IMG/VR virus record: IMGVR_UViG_3300020045_019679
Location: 1 to 27,083 of that record
DNA length: 27,083 nt
Strand: one strand, 5' to 3'
Origin: a virus
Taxonomy: Duplodnaviria > Caudoviricetes
In this document: positions 1-8,850 of the stretch, piece after piece
Layout of the letters: every line of letters begins with the position of its first letter
Position numbering within the stretch: the stretch's first letter is position 1
Notes under the pieces: generated by a model
What the model was told of the DNA's origin: nothing
Seen by the model: only the letters and a program-made list of their open reading frames with translations
Databases searched by the model: none
Program-made: the position numbers and the translations under genes

Positions 1-9
1 TAGGATTCT

Positions 10-399
10 ATGTCGAATCTGCTTACAAAAGGGATTGCATGGCTCGATGATCAGCGTATAGATCACCTCTCTGATATCGTGGTCTATATGCGTGAGGGTG
101 AGCCTCCTCTTTCTATTGCAGCAACTCAGGGACAGACGATTCGAGATGTTCTAGATGAATCTGGCCAGACGATAGAATCGAATTCGGTTGATTGGCTGGT
201 CTCAACAGCGTCGCTGAAGTGGGGAGGAGTGCCCACATCTCCGAAGATTGGTGATCAGATTCAGATCGTTGAAGAAGGAGGGTCAGTCAAGACCTTCGAA
301 GTCCTCGACCTCAATGGTCAAGGACATTATCGTTGGGCTGACTCTCGAGGGCGGATTACGAGGATTCATACAAAGCTTAGGGAGTCTATCAATGTCTAG
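10..399 (+). CDS. putative head-closure / head-tail joining protein (gpFII-like)
   Basis: 129 aa, beta-rich, with a 'P.IGD.I' motif (PKIGDQI). It lies directly upstream of the terminator, neck and tube genes. Confidence 0.6.
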   Translation: MSNLLTKGIAWLDDQRIDHLSDIVVYMREGEPPLSIAATQGQTIRDVLDESGQTIESNSVDWLVSTASLKWGGVPTSPKIGDQIQIVEEGGSVKTFEVLDLNGQGHYRWADSRGRITRIHTKLRESINV

Positions 400-829
400 T
401 CCTGAGAATCCCGCGGTCTATGTCGCTCAGGCTGTAGTTGACTATCTGAATAGTGTAGCATTTTCACAGAGTTTTGTGGCTACTCGTTCATATCGGCCAG
501 CTACCGAGCTCAATAATAGCTCGATGCTTAGGGTTTTGGTGGTACCTAAGGGAGTCGAGTATGAAATAGCCTCTCGTGCTGTTGTGCAAGATGAGGTCCA
601 GATTGATGTGGGAATTCACAAGAAGGTAGGGACTCTCTCAGTCGAAATAGATAGAATGATGGGGTTGGTAATGGAGATAGTGGAAGCTCTCAGGGCCCCA
701 GAATTATTTGCGTCCCATTATTGGGTTAAGACTGAGAATGTCCCAATATATTCTCCTGACCATCTCGATCAGGCTAATGAATTTCTGAGTATTCTCACTG
801 TGACGTTCCGTGCGCAGGTGACTCGATGA
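392..829 (+). CDS. putative tail terminator / tail completion protein
   Basis: Start moved to ATG 392 (MSSPENPAVY...), which has GGAG at 381-384 and overlaps the upstream stop. Size (~145 aa) and synteny fit a tail completion protein. Confidence 0.55.
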   Translation: MSSPENPAVYVAQAVVDYLNSVAFSQSFVATRSYRPATELNNSSMLRVLVVPKGVEYEIASRAVVQDEVQIDVGIHKKVGTLSVEIDRMMGLVMEIVEALRAPELFASHYWVKTENVPIYSPDHLDQANEFLSILTVTFRAQVTR

Positions 830-1296
830 TTAGTTTCAAACTCAGAGGGTTGACGAAGGTGTTCGAGAATTCTTCTATCATAACGAAGATGATCGATAGG
901 GTGACAGGGAAGGCTCTGCGTGGATTTGGAGCTTACGTCAGAGCGGTTGCTCGGAGAAGTCTTGGGAAAGGGAATGCTGTCTCTATACCTGGAGAACCTC
1001 CTACCTCGCGAACAGGCTTCCTCAAGAATTCGATTCAATTTGGTACTGAGATGCGAGGTCGTCGCGTTGTGATTGGACCAGTGAAGAAACAAGGGTGGTC
1101 CAAGAGAGTGACTACTCTGGTCCCTCCATTGCTTGAATATGGAGGTCTGACTATGATGAAGCGATTAGGGACAAGTCCGAATGGGAGGGGGGGAAATCGT
1201 CTCGCACGATATCGAGCCCGGCCTTTCATGGGACCGGCATTTGAGAAGAGTCTACCGAAGCTGCCTGAAATCTGGCAGCGGGCTAAGATGAGATAG
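826..1296 (+). CDS. HK97 gp10-like neck / tail-component protein
   Basis: Basic 156 aa protein with 'PGEPP.SRTG.LKNSI', 'LEYGG' and 'ARPFMGPAFE' motifs typical of HK97 gp10-like proteins. ATGA overlap with the previous gene. Confidence 0.75.
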   Translation: MISFKLRGLTKVFENSSIITKMIDRVTGKALRGFGAYVRAVARRSLGKGNAVSIPGEPPTSRTGFLKNSIQFGTEMRGRRVVIGPVKKQGWSKRVTTLVPPLLEYGGLTMMKRLGTSPNGRGGNRLARYRARPFMGPAFEKSLPKLPEIWQRAKMR

Positions 1297-1306
1297 GAGC
1301 TAAGAG

Positions 1307-1771
1307 ATGGCTGAGTATCTGTTGGGAATGAATGCAAAGATCTATCGTGGTGCTGCGGTAGCTGCTGATTCTGCTTTTGTTGGTTATGCAGGGCTGACCG
1401 AGATGAGTAATGTCAAAGATGTGACTCTGAATTTGAGTTCTGCGGAGGCAGATGTTACATCTAGAGCGAATTCGGGGTGGAAAGCTACTGCTTCGGGACT
1501 CCGTGAAATGAGTGTTGAATTCCAGATGGTCTGGAAGCCAGGGGATGCGGCATTTGGGGTGGTAAAAGATGTTTTTCTCAATGCTGATGGGACTGGAAAG
1601 GTCGTCGAGCTAGCTATACTAGACCAGCCGAAGACGACTTCTGGTGCACAAGGACCTCAGGGATTCTTCGCGATCACTGAATTTAAGCGTGAAGAGCCTC
1701 TTGAGAATGCGATGATGGTTTCTGTGACGGCGAAGCTTGTGAAGTACAATTCGTGGGTGACCGTCCCGTAG
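1307..1771 (+). CDS. major tail tube protein
   Basis: 154 aa with 'VKDVTLNLS..EADVTSRA.SGWKA..SGLRE.SVEF' and 'ITEFKREEPLE....VSVT', the pattern of siphovirus tube proteins. RBS AGGAG upstream. Confidence 0.8.
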   Translation: MAEYLLGMNAKIYRGAAVAADSAFVGYAGLTEMSNVKDVTLNLSSAEADVTSRANSGWKATASGLREMSVEFQMVWKPGDAAFGVVKDVFLNADGTGKVVELAILDQPKTTSGAQGPQGFFAITEFKREEPLENAMMVSVTAKLVKYNSWVTVP

Positions 1772-1822
1772 AGAATGATTTGTGAGTAGAAAGAAGAGAT
1801 ACTACTCTGAGGGAGAGTTGAT

Positions 1823-2449
1823 ATGCCTACTGGAACGATAGAGTCTGTGGTGAGTGTGGGAGGGATGTCTTTCACGTCGAAGGTGGTGAGGATTGCGACC
1901 GGACAAGAATCGCATCAGATAACTCTTCCTGCAGGAGTAGCGGGTGTTCTCGCAGCAGGGTCTCCACCTACATCAGTCACTGGTCTTGCAACACCATTTG
2001 TCATTGGTGATCTGGTCGATATTCATTGGACTGATCCTGGAGATGGGACGACTCATAAATGTCGAAGGGGGATTCGGGTTGATGCTATCACTCCGAGTAC
2101 GATCATCACCTTTGATGAAACTCCTGCTGGTCTGGGTGATGCATTCCCAACAAGTGGTGGGGTTGCTGTTGTGGTCAGCAAGCAGATAATCATTGATTCT
2201 GATTGGGATTTCGATCTTGCTGAAATGTTTGCAGCTAAGTCGACGGTGCGAGCAATGGCTGATTTTTGGGCTACGACTCCTGCGAGTGCCCTAGCATTGA
2301 AGCTGGTTGCTGATGCTGCTTATGAATGGGCTAATGGAACAGGAATTACTCTCCCCTTCACAGGTAATCCCATCGATAAGATATTGGTGACGAATGGTAC
2401 TGCGACAGCGGGAACTTTCCAGGTAGGAGTTCTTTTCAGGAGTTCTTGA
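1823..2449 (+). CDS. hypothetical virion structural protein (beta-rich, tail-associated)
   Basis: 208 aa, G/T/V-rich, located between the tube and chaperone genes. RBS GGAG upstream. Confidence 0.5.
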   Translation: MPTGTIESVVSVGGMSFTSKVVRIATGQESHQITLPAGVAGVLAAGSPPTSVTGLATPFVIGDLVDIHWTDPGDGTTHKCRRGIRVDAITPSTIITFDETPAGLGDAFPTSGGVAVVVSKQIIIDSDWDFDLAEMFAAKSTVRAMADFWATTPASALALKLVADAAYEWANGTGITLPFTGNPIDKILVTNGTATAGTFQVGVLFRSS

Positions 2450-2913
2450 TGAAGTCATTCATCGATAGTGCTAATAGAACGTGGACAATCAATCTCACAA
2501 TTGATTCTGTCAAACGTGTGAAGAGTTTTTTAGATGTTGATCTTCTGAACATTACTTCTGGTGATCCTCCTCTATTGACTCGTCTCGGCACCGATATTAT
2601 GCTCTTGTGCGATGTGATTTTTGTGCTTGTCAAGCCTCAAGCAGATAAACTCGAAGTCACAGATGAAGCGTTTGGTAGTGCTCTCGGTGGTGAAGTTATT
2701 TTCGCAGCTCAGTCAGCTTTCTTCGATGAGCTAGTTGATTTTTTCCGCGGAATGGGTCGGAAAGACATAATGAAAGCTCTGACGACTCAGTCGATAGTGA
2801 TCAATCGAACGGTGGAGAGGGTGACGGCGAAGATCGACGCGATGGATCTCGACAAGATCATGGACAAGATCATGGCAGAGTCAGAGACTACTGGCGGATT
2901 GTCTACGAGTTAG
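2449..2913 (+). CDS. tail assembly chaperone (gpG-like)
   Basis: TGATG coupling to the upstream stop. Acidic, helical 154 aa protein after the tube gene, with 'ELVDFF' encoded over a T6 run. Confidence 0.7.
   Translation: MKSFIDSANRTWTINLTIDSVKRVKSFLDVDLLNITSGDPPLLTRLGTDIMLLCDVIFVLVKPQADKLEVTDEAFGSALGGEVIFAAQSAFFDELVDFFRGMGRKDIMKALTTQSIVINRTVERVTAKIDAMDLDKIMDKIMAESETTGGLSTS
2739..2745 (+). promoter_or_regulatory. candidate -1 ribosomal frameshift slippery heptamer T TTT TTC
   Basis: X XXY YYZ pattern in the chaperone frame (GAT TTT TTC). The -1 frame has TGA at 2736-2738 and is then open to 3266. Confidence 0.7.
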
Positions 2914-3266
2914 CGGGTTCGTGTGGTATCGATCCCGGCCCTCTAACTCTGAGAGAACTCATATGGATGTCAGATGGACGAGGCAAGGCCGAATGGAGTC
3001 GGTGGTCGGTCTGGCTTGCTATGTATGCCAATGCCCATCGTGATCCCAAGAGGGGACGAGATGCTAAGCCTTCTGATTATAATCCATACCTTAAGAAAAA
3101 GACTGCTCGAGTGGAAAATCTGTCAGAATTGAAAGTCTTATTCGACCAGGGAGGTGTCGCAGGTGATGAAGCTCTCTCGATGGACCTTACTCCCATTCCT
3201 ATTATTGATTCAGACTCAGAGTTCGGCATCGCGGCCGAGAATGGATCTGAGGCAGGGGAAAGATAG
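2739..3266 (+). CDS. gpT-like frameshifted extension of the tail assembly chaperone (G-T fusion 2449..3266, ~272 aa)
   Basis: The -1 frame reads FFPRNGSERHNESSDDSVDSDQSNGGEGDGEDRRDGSRQDHGQDHGRVRDYWRIVYELAGSCGIDPGPLTLRELIWMSDGRG... There is no ATG/GTG/TTG before 2967, yet the protein-like segment begins upstream of that ATG. Confidence 0.65.
   Translation, partial: FFPRNGSERHNESSDDSVDSDQSNGGEGDGEDRRDGSRQDHGQDHGRVRDYWRIVYELAGSCGIDPGPLTLRELIWMSDGRGKAEWSRWSVWLAMYANAHRDPKRGRDAKPSDYNPYLKKKTARVENLSELKVLFDQGGVAGDEALSMDLTPIPIIDSDSEFGIAAENGSEAGER
2851..2874 (+). repeat. 12-bp tandem duplication (GACAAGATCATG x2)
   Basis: Exact direct repeat inside the dual-coding region, reading DKIM x2 in one frame and QDHG x2 in the other. 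Confidence 0.9.
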
Positions 3267-3267
3267 T

Positions 3268-4497
3268 ATGGCACAAGAGATACATCGTTGGAGGTCGACA
3301 ACGGGAGATCCTCTCGAAGGAGCGAGCTGGGATGACGGCGTTGCTCCTGGAGTAGCAGCAACTCGTGATCTGACATTTTCTTCAGTTGCTCTCAATAATG
3401 AAACAGTCTCGATTTCTGGGATTACCTATACTTTCAAAACCACCATAAATAATGGAGTTGCGAGGGAGGTCAACAGAGGAGCGACAGCTACCGAATCAGC
3501 TGCGAATCTGGCAGCAGCAATCAATGCTGGGGCTGGTGCAGGGACCCTCTATTCGACAGCGACTATTTCTCATGTTCTTACTGTCAGTGCCCCCAAATAT
3601 GCGGTAATAGCTTCGAACCCATCTGCAGGTGTTATGCGAGCAATTGCTTATACTCTGGGAACTGCAGCAAACACCGATGTCTCTCTTTCAGAGACGAGTA
3701 CCGTTGCTTCTTGGGCAGGAGGAGCAACGACATTGACAGGGGGTCTAGTGAATTGGGCTAATAATGCGATTGCATTATTCGATGGTTCTGTGCAGACTCC
3801 CTGTTCTGGAACAGGTAGACTCGATGACATACCTTTTATCATGCGGCAGACGATCGATGCTACACATAATATAGGCTTGCCTGATAATCCATTTAGATGG
3901 GATCAACAGGCTTCAGGACACGATGAGCATCTGTTGGAGGGGTCTGGGTCTGTCTATCTTGCGCATGGTAAGGTGATTACTCAAGTTGGAGCTCGGGTTC
4001 GATTTAGAATAGCACGAGATGGGGGGTACCTAGAATTTCAGAAGGATCCAGGCGTTCTCATAGTAGAGTCTGGTGTAGTTGGGATTAAGCAGACGTCGGG
4101 AGGATTCATAGATCAGATTATTCTAGATGGTCTCGATGCTGATGTCACTGTTATTTCTGGAGCCCTTTCATTTGTCTGGTCGAGGAATGGTCATTTTATT
4201 TCACAGAGTGTCGATCCAGATGATGAGGCTGACGCGACCTGGGTGATTCTGGGAGGGGTGCTCGAATGCAAGACGTTGATAGGTACTAATTCAATCATTT
4301 GTATCGATGGAGGATTACTGCGTCTCATTCCATCCTCAGCTACTCTATCTACATTCGGTGCTTATTACGTTGTTTCGGGAGGTGTTTTAGATCTGAGTGA
4401 ATCTCTGTATGAAATCCCAGGGAATCTTATTCTACGAGAGCCTGGTGTATTGTGGGGAAGTCTTGTTTCCCCTGGAAGTTTATTCATTATTCCATAG
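3268..4497 (+). CDS. putative virion fibre/adhesin-like protein (beta-solenoid with an inserted Ala/Thr-rich domain)
   Basis: Likely start ATG 3268 (MAQEIHRW...), 1 nt after the previous stop. It carries an 'ETVSISGITYTF...ATESAANLAAAIN...TLTGG' module and C-terminal GG-hydrophobic beta repeats. Confidence 0.5.
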   Translation: MAQEIHRWRSTTGDPLEGASWDDGVAPGVAATRDLTFSSVALNNETVSISGITYTFKTTINNGVAREVNRGATATESAANLAAAINAGAGAGTLYSTATISHVLTVSAPKYAVIASNPSAGVMRAIAYTLGTAANTDVSLSETSTVASWAGGATTLTGGLVNWANNAIALFDGSVQTPCSGTGRLDDIPFIMRQTIDATHNIGLPDNPFRWDQQASGHDEHLLEGSGSVYLAHGKVITQVGARVRFRIARDGGYLEFQKDPGVLIVESGVVGIKQTSGGFIDQIILDGLDADVTVISGALSFVWSRNGHFISQSVDPDDEADATWVILGGVLECKTLIGTNSIICIDGGLLRLIPSSATLSTFGAYYVVSGGVLDLSESLYEIPGNLILREPGVLWGSLVSPGSLFIIP

Positions 4498-4506
4498 GGG
4501 TGCTTT

Positions 4507-5337
4507 ATGGCAGATAAACAGTTGAATGGGGTGAATTGGAATACTTCTGGTGATTGGGCTCCAGTCAATGAACCAGCCACAGCTGATGATGTGAGGATTG
4601 CAGATTCTCCACGAGATATCATCACAGGAGATCAGGGAGGTGTAGATGTCAATAGCCTTCTAGTCCCTTCACGGTATGTGGGTTCTTTTGGGACCTCTGG
4701 GAGTCCTCTTCAGATAGCGGGTTCTTTGATTCGATATTTTGCTCGAGGGGGTTTCTTCTACGAATCGGATGCGGGAGGGGCTACTCTTCGAACTGATGAA
4801 ATACGAATCGATGCAGCAGACTCAGCAGTCAAGGTCGAGATTGGAAGTAATGCAGCTGATCCTGGTTATGTCGATAAGGTGATCTGGAGTAGGTGCAATG
4901 GACTTCTCAAGGGGAATGTCAAGCTCGATACCATAGGGATTCAGGAAGTTCTGAAAGAAGCTACTCTCACAATAGCAGCGGGAATTGGAGCTACTTATGG
5001 ACAGACAGCTATTCCCGTTGTTCAGAATCAGGGAGGGACGGTGAAGTGTGATTCAGCTATTACCACCATGCGATTGATGGGTGGGGAGCATACTCAAGAT
5101 ACCGCGAAGATTGTGAATGGTGATGTCTTCTTCGGAACTCTTATCTACAATCATGCTGCTGTCACAGGAGATGCGACAGTATTGAAGATAGGCGATGGGG
5201 GTACTCTAGTTCTCGATGCGAATTCGAAGCTCAAGAGGCTGACCACAGTTTGGTTGTTTCCTGGCTCGAGGATAATCCCGTCCCGTCCCGACGGTATCAC
5301 ACATATTATAGATAATCTGTATGATTTGAGGAGGTAG
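4507..5337 (+). CDS. putative beta-helical virion/adhesin-like protein
   Basis: N-terminal 'NWNTSGDW....PATADDV.I' resembles the cap motif of passenger-like beta-helical proteins. Repeated 'GGT[VL]' beta turns follow. Confidence 0.5.
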   Translation: MADKQLNGVNWNTSGDWAPVNEPATADDVRIADSPRDIITGDQGGVDVNSLLVPSRYVGSFGTSGSPLQIAGSLIRYFARGGFFYESDAGGATLRTDEIRIDAADSAVKVEIGSNAADPGYVDKVIWSRCNGLLKGNVKLDTIGIQEVLKEATLTIAAGIGATYGQTAIPVVQNQGGTVKCDSAITTMRLMGGEHTQDTAKIVNGDVFFGTLIYNHAAVTGDATVLKIGDGGTLVLDANSKLKRLTTVWLFPGSRIIPSRPDGITHIIDNLYDLRR

Positions 5338-5338
5338 C

Positions 5339-5737
5339 ATGGCTTCTCCTCAGACAATCAATCTTTCTGGTCGTGGGGACATGGGGAGTCTCACCAATCG
5401 GATGGTGGTTCCTCGACTCTTTCTTCCGGTCGATATCTATGCTCTCCAAGCACTCAGGGTGACTTTTGCTGGAGGGAGTGGTTCAGCCCTTCTTCAGTTG
5501 AAAGTCGATCACAGATTTGGGTCCTCCTTCGATCGAACAATCTATGAACTCGCGGGAGCTGGGTCTGCTGGGAAGAATGTAGAATTCCGAGTTGAAGAAT
5601 CAGAACGAGATACCTATCTGTTCTATTGGGATGAGGAGCGTTTCATTCGAGATGAGTTGGTTATTCTCTGGACTGATCCAGATGGATCTAAATTGACAAC
5701 CTGGGGAATCAGTGCTGAGCTCTTGAGGGTGTCTTAG
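5339..5737 (+). CDS. hypothetical protein (beta-sandwich-like, probably structural)
   Basis: 132 aa ORF with strong RBS (GAGGAGG), tightly packed in the structural block. Confidence 0.55.
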   Translation: MASPQTINLSGRGDMGSLTNRMVVPRLFLPVDIYALQALRVTFAGGSGSALLQLKVDHRFGSSFDRTIYELAGAGSAGKNVEFRVEESERDTYLFYWDEERFIRDELVILWTDPDGSKLTTWGISAELLRVS

Positions 5738-8098
5738 ATGCCAAAGACATTCATCTCAGATGCTGATCGTGACTCACTGAAGGATCTCATCAATTCTGAA
5801 ATAAACACCCCGTCAGATAATCAGATTCTATCATATGATGGTGTAAGTAGGAAGTGGAGGAATTCCTCTCTTCCTGGGGAGACTGCTCCCAATTTTCCTA
5901 TCATGTCCCAATGGCCTATGACACCTGGTACCTCCCCTCCCAATATAGCTACCATCATCGCCAAGTTTGAAGAGATACGAGATGAGCTAGGAGCTACTGG
6001 AGTCATTTCCCATCTCGATGGGTTCACCTCATTCATGGATAGTAATTATCAGACGTTTTATGGGGCATTCGCTGCTAGCAAAGCATTCTTCCAAATATCG
6101 AATAATCAACTCACAGGGATGAGTCAGGCAGCATATCTCGCGGCACTAGATACGCTGTTGACTACCTATGGAAAGATCCTCTGGGGAATCAATCTCTGCA
6201 TCGAGATAAATCCAACACAATTGGTAGAGTATGCTGGTACGATACGACTTGCGCAGCAGATGGTGAAAGCCGCCTTCCCCAGGATCAATACTTCTCTGAG
6301 CTTTCAACTAGACGCCGCCGCGGCCGCGGGGACGGTGTCGGTCTGCAGCGATGCTATCGCTGCTTTGGTGGATCAGATAGGAGTTACATACTATCCCTCA
6401 GAAGTGGGTACCTACATCGCGGATATCACCATTGCGAGGTTCAGTCCCATTATTCAGTCGGCGGCGAAGTTCGGAAAGCATGTCATCGTGACGGAGTTTG
6501 GGTATGACTCCCTCGATCGGGGGCAAGCTGAGCAGAGTTTGGCTCTCCAGAAACTATGGGATCTCATGGTGGCGTCGCGCATCTGTCCGTTGTTGGCATA
6601 TTCGATGTCCAACGATCAAGATTGGTTGCCTACAAACCCTTCGGTGTGGAATGGTATCGGGTTGAAAGATGCCAGTAATGTGAAGAAGCTCGCGTGGACG
6701 ACGTGGGACAATCTTCGGAAATTGGCGGCTGGGGCGAGTAGTGCTGATATCCTTTCTGAAAGAGCAACGCAGGTCATAGCAGCAGGAACGACTATTTCAG
6801 TTACTGATGGGGTTCCTGTCACCCCCTATACCACATCTGGGAATGTGACGAGCACTGCCGCTCCTTTTATTGCAGCGGGTCGAAATGGACAGTTGGTGAT
6901 TCTTCGTAATGATAATGGGACAGGGACACTGACGCTCAGCGATACCAATATAGGAGCTGGAGGGAGTCTTCTCAGGCTCTCAGCTAATACCGTCACAATG
7001 GCTGCGGGGTCGACGATGGGGCTCGAGTATAGTTCTACTCTAGGGGCCTGGGTTCAGGTCTGGTATCTAGCTCTCGTTGCTGTGATACCAGCAATCAATA
7101 CGCACACGGTGAATATTGGAGCAGGTGCGTCTAATGCACAGAATGCCGAGGTCGCTTCGGGGGGGACATCTGTTCCTACCTTCGCTTGGACATTCACAGG
7201 AGTGCCTTCTGCAGGGTCTGTAGATGTGAGTTCGGGAGGAGATCCTGGGACGGACTACCCAGCAACAATTTCTGCGCCATTCACATCATTGACTGGTCCC
7301 GCATATAATAAAGGAACTTCGGTAGGGACGGTAAGAACCTTTACTCCATCTATCACAGTCAATGGTGTAGTAAAGACCATACCTACAGCGACAGTGACTT
7401 ATTACAATCGTAGGTATGCTGGAATGAATTCCCAAGCAGCGGCTCTGGACTCGGCCCAGACTGTCGCTCTTGGTTCTTTCGCATTGGACAATGCTTACAA
7501 TACAGGTTCGGGAAATCTTACCATGAGTGCTGGAGCAAAGTACGCTTGGTACTGCTTCCGCTCTGCTCTAGGGATTTCGAATCTATATTTTTCTCTGGCC
7601 GGTGAAATAGCTGGGTTCAGTCGGATAGGAACAGGGACTGTCAGTGTGACGAATGGAAGTGGTTTCGCCGAGACGTTCGAACAGTTCCGTAGTGATATCA
7701 CTTTTGATAATCTAGGGACTGTTTCATTAGCTCTATCTTCGTCTCTCCCGAACAATCGAATCTATATGGGCCCCGGGCCAGTGACTGATCCCATTACGAA
7801 TGCGAATATCCTCGCTCTTGATGACACTGCTGATGGCGAGTCTATTGTTTCGAGCAGTTTAGCTAGAACCTATACCGCCATTAAGATCGAGGCCGGTGAA
7901 TATCTATGGTTTTGTCATCCTAGTCGTATTTCTGACCTTGCGACTATCAAAGATGGGACGACCGGTTTCGCAATCGCTGGGTCTTACCGGACGAATGTTT
8001 CTCATACCAATCAATATGGGTATGTTGAGACATATCGTTGTTGGAGATCAGATAATGCTGCGATCTTCCCATCTGGTGAGAATGTGGTGGTGTCCTAA
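5738..8098 (+). CDS. multidomain tail fibre/spike-like protein with a GH-A clan glycoside hydrolase-like domain
   Basis: N-terminal 'PSDNQILSYDG..RKWRN' fibre motif. TIM-barrel-like segment with 'INLCIEIN', 'IGVTYYP', 'KHVIVTEFGY' and 'KKLAWTTW', then T/S/G-rich beta domains and two tandem C-terminal modules. Confidence 0.6.
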   Translation: MPKTFISDADRDSLKDLINSEINTPSDNQILSYDGVSRKWRNSSLPGETAPNFPIMSQWPMTPGTSPPNIATIIAKFEEIRDELGATGVISHLDGFTSFMDSNYQTFYGAFAASKAFFQISNNQLTGMSQAAYLAALDTLLTTYGKILWGINLCIEINPTQLVEYAGTIRLAQQMVKAAFPRINTSLSFQLDAAAAAGTVSVCSDAIAALVDQIGVTYYPSEVGTYIADITIARFSPIIQSAAKFGKHVIVTEFGYDSLDRGQAEQSLALQKLWDLMVASRICPLLAYSMSNDQDWLPTNPSVWNGIGLKDASNVKKLAWTTWDNLRKLAAGASSADILSERATQVIAAGTTISVTDGVPVTPYTTSGNVTSTAAPFIAAGRNGQLVILRNDNGTGTLTLSDTNIGAGGSLLRLSANTVTMAAGSTMGLEYSSTLGAWVQVWYLALVAVIPAINTHTVNIGAGASNAQNAEVASGGTSVPTFAWTFTGVPSAGSVDVSSGGDPGTDYPATISAPFTSLTGPAYNKGTSVGTVRTFTPSITVNGVVKTIPTATVTYYNRRYAGMNSQAAALDSAQTVALGSFALDNAYNTGSGNLTMSAGAKYAWYCFRSALGISNLYFSLAGEIAGFSRIGTGTVSVTNGSGFAETFEQFRSDITFDNLGTVSLALSSSLPNNRIYMGPGPVTDPITNANILALDDTADGESIVSSSLARTYTAIKIEAGEYLWFCHPSRISDLATIKDGTTGFAIAGSYRTNVSHTNQYGYVETYRCWRSDNAAIFPSGENVVVS

Positions 8099-8850
8099 TG
8101 CCTATAAATATCACCGGTGAATTTCAGCCTTCTGATGGAGTTCATGGCTTCGATCTCTATGATCCTCAGGATATCAAAGCAGGGAATATCAATGTCGTGC
8201 TGCAGGCTATAGCGAATGGTGCTTTCAAAGGTGGTTCTCATGCAACAGCTCCTGCTGGAGAAATTGTAGCTCAAGTTAAGACATCGACAGGAGTACCTAC
8301 TCATTCTGCGAGTGAAGGGACTATCTGTTGGAATTCAGTTGATGATACGTTCTATGTGAATAATAATGGAACAACAGGCTGGACTGCAATAGGTGCTGGG
8401 GGTTCTCCTGGTGGAGCCAATAAACAAATCCAATTCAACAATAGTTCGGTTTTTGGAGGAGTGCCGGGATTTGAATGGGATGGGACGAATCTTACTCTCG
8501 CAGAGACTATCAAACTACTTCTGAGGAATGGTAATGTCGCATTGAGTACTCCTCTCGATGGTGTTGGAAGATTGACGGGGAGTGTTGGTCTGATCTTCGA
8601 TGGAGACGAGATTGATTTTCTAGGGTCGGGAGGAGTCCTTCCTCTTCTGCAATTATTACTCACTGCGTCTGCTGTGAACTATCTCCAGATTAGAAGTTCT
8701 GCGACAGGCAATCCTCTGTTGATAAATGCTCTAGGAACTGATGAGAATATCAGTATCAATTTAGTTCCTAAAGGACTAGGACGGCTGCAAGCCAATGGAT
8801 ATAATGTTCCCACTCTAGATGAGGTTATTGCGATGGCGGTGGCTTTATGA
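8098..8850 (+). CDS. putative tail fibre-like protein
   Basis: 'GGSPGGANKQIQFNNSSVFGG', 'AVNYLQI...ATGNP..I.A.G.D.NISINLVPKG.G' and C-terminal 'IAMAVAL' are motifs I recall from phage fibre-like proteins. TAATG coupling. Confidence 0.55.
   Translation: MPINITGEFQPSDGVHGFDLYDPQDIKAGNINVVLQAIANGAFKGGSHATAPAGEIVAQVKTSTGVPTHSASEGTICWNSVDDTFYVNNNGTTGWTAIGAGGSPGGANKQIQFNNSSVFGGVPGFEWDGTNLTLAETIKLLLRNGNVALSTPLDGVGRLTGSVGLIFDGDEIDFLGSGGVLPLLQLLLTASAVNYLQIRSSATGNPLLINALGTDENISINLVPKGLGRLQANGYNVPTLDEVIAMAVAL

Noticed and set aside
248-391. N-terminal extensions in the ORF track (248, also 3154, 22823, 23190, 26726)
   Set aside because: They overlap upstream genes or the tRNA extensively. Downstream starts at 392, 3268, 22892, 23367 and 26765 have an RBS or stop-start coupling.
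3340-3750. Contractile tail sheath gene, suggested by the AANLAAAIN...LTGG module
   Set aside because: Only this accessory-type module is present. No sheath core or baseplate wedge (gpJ/gp25-like) genes are recognisable, and the rest of the module is siphovirus-like.
6318-6329. 12-bp GC palindrome CCGCGGCCGCGG
   Set aside because: It lies in a poly-Ala coding run (DAAAAAG) and is explained by Ala codons.
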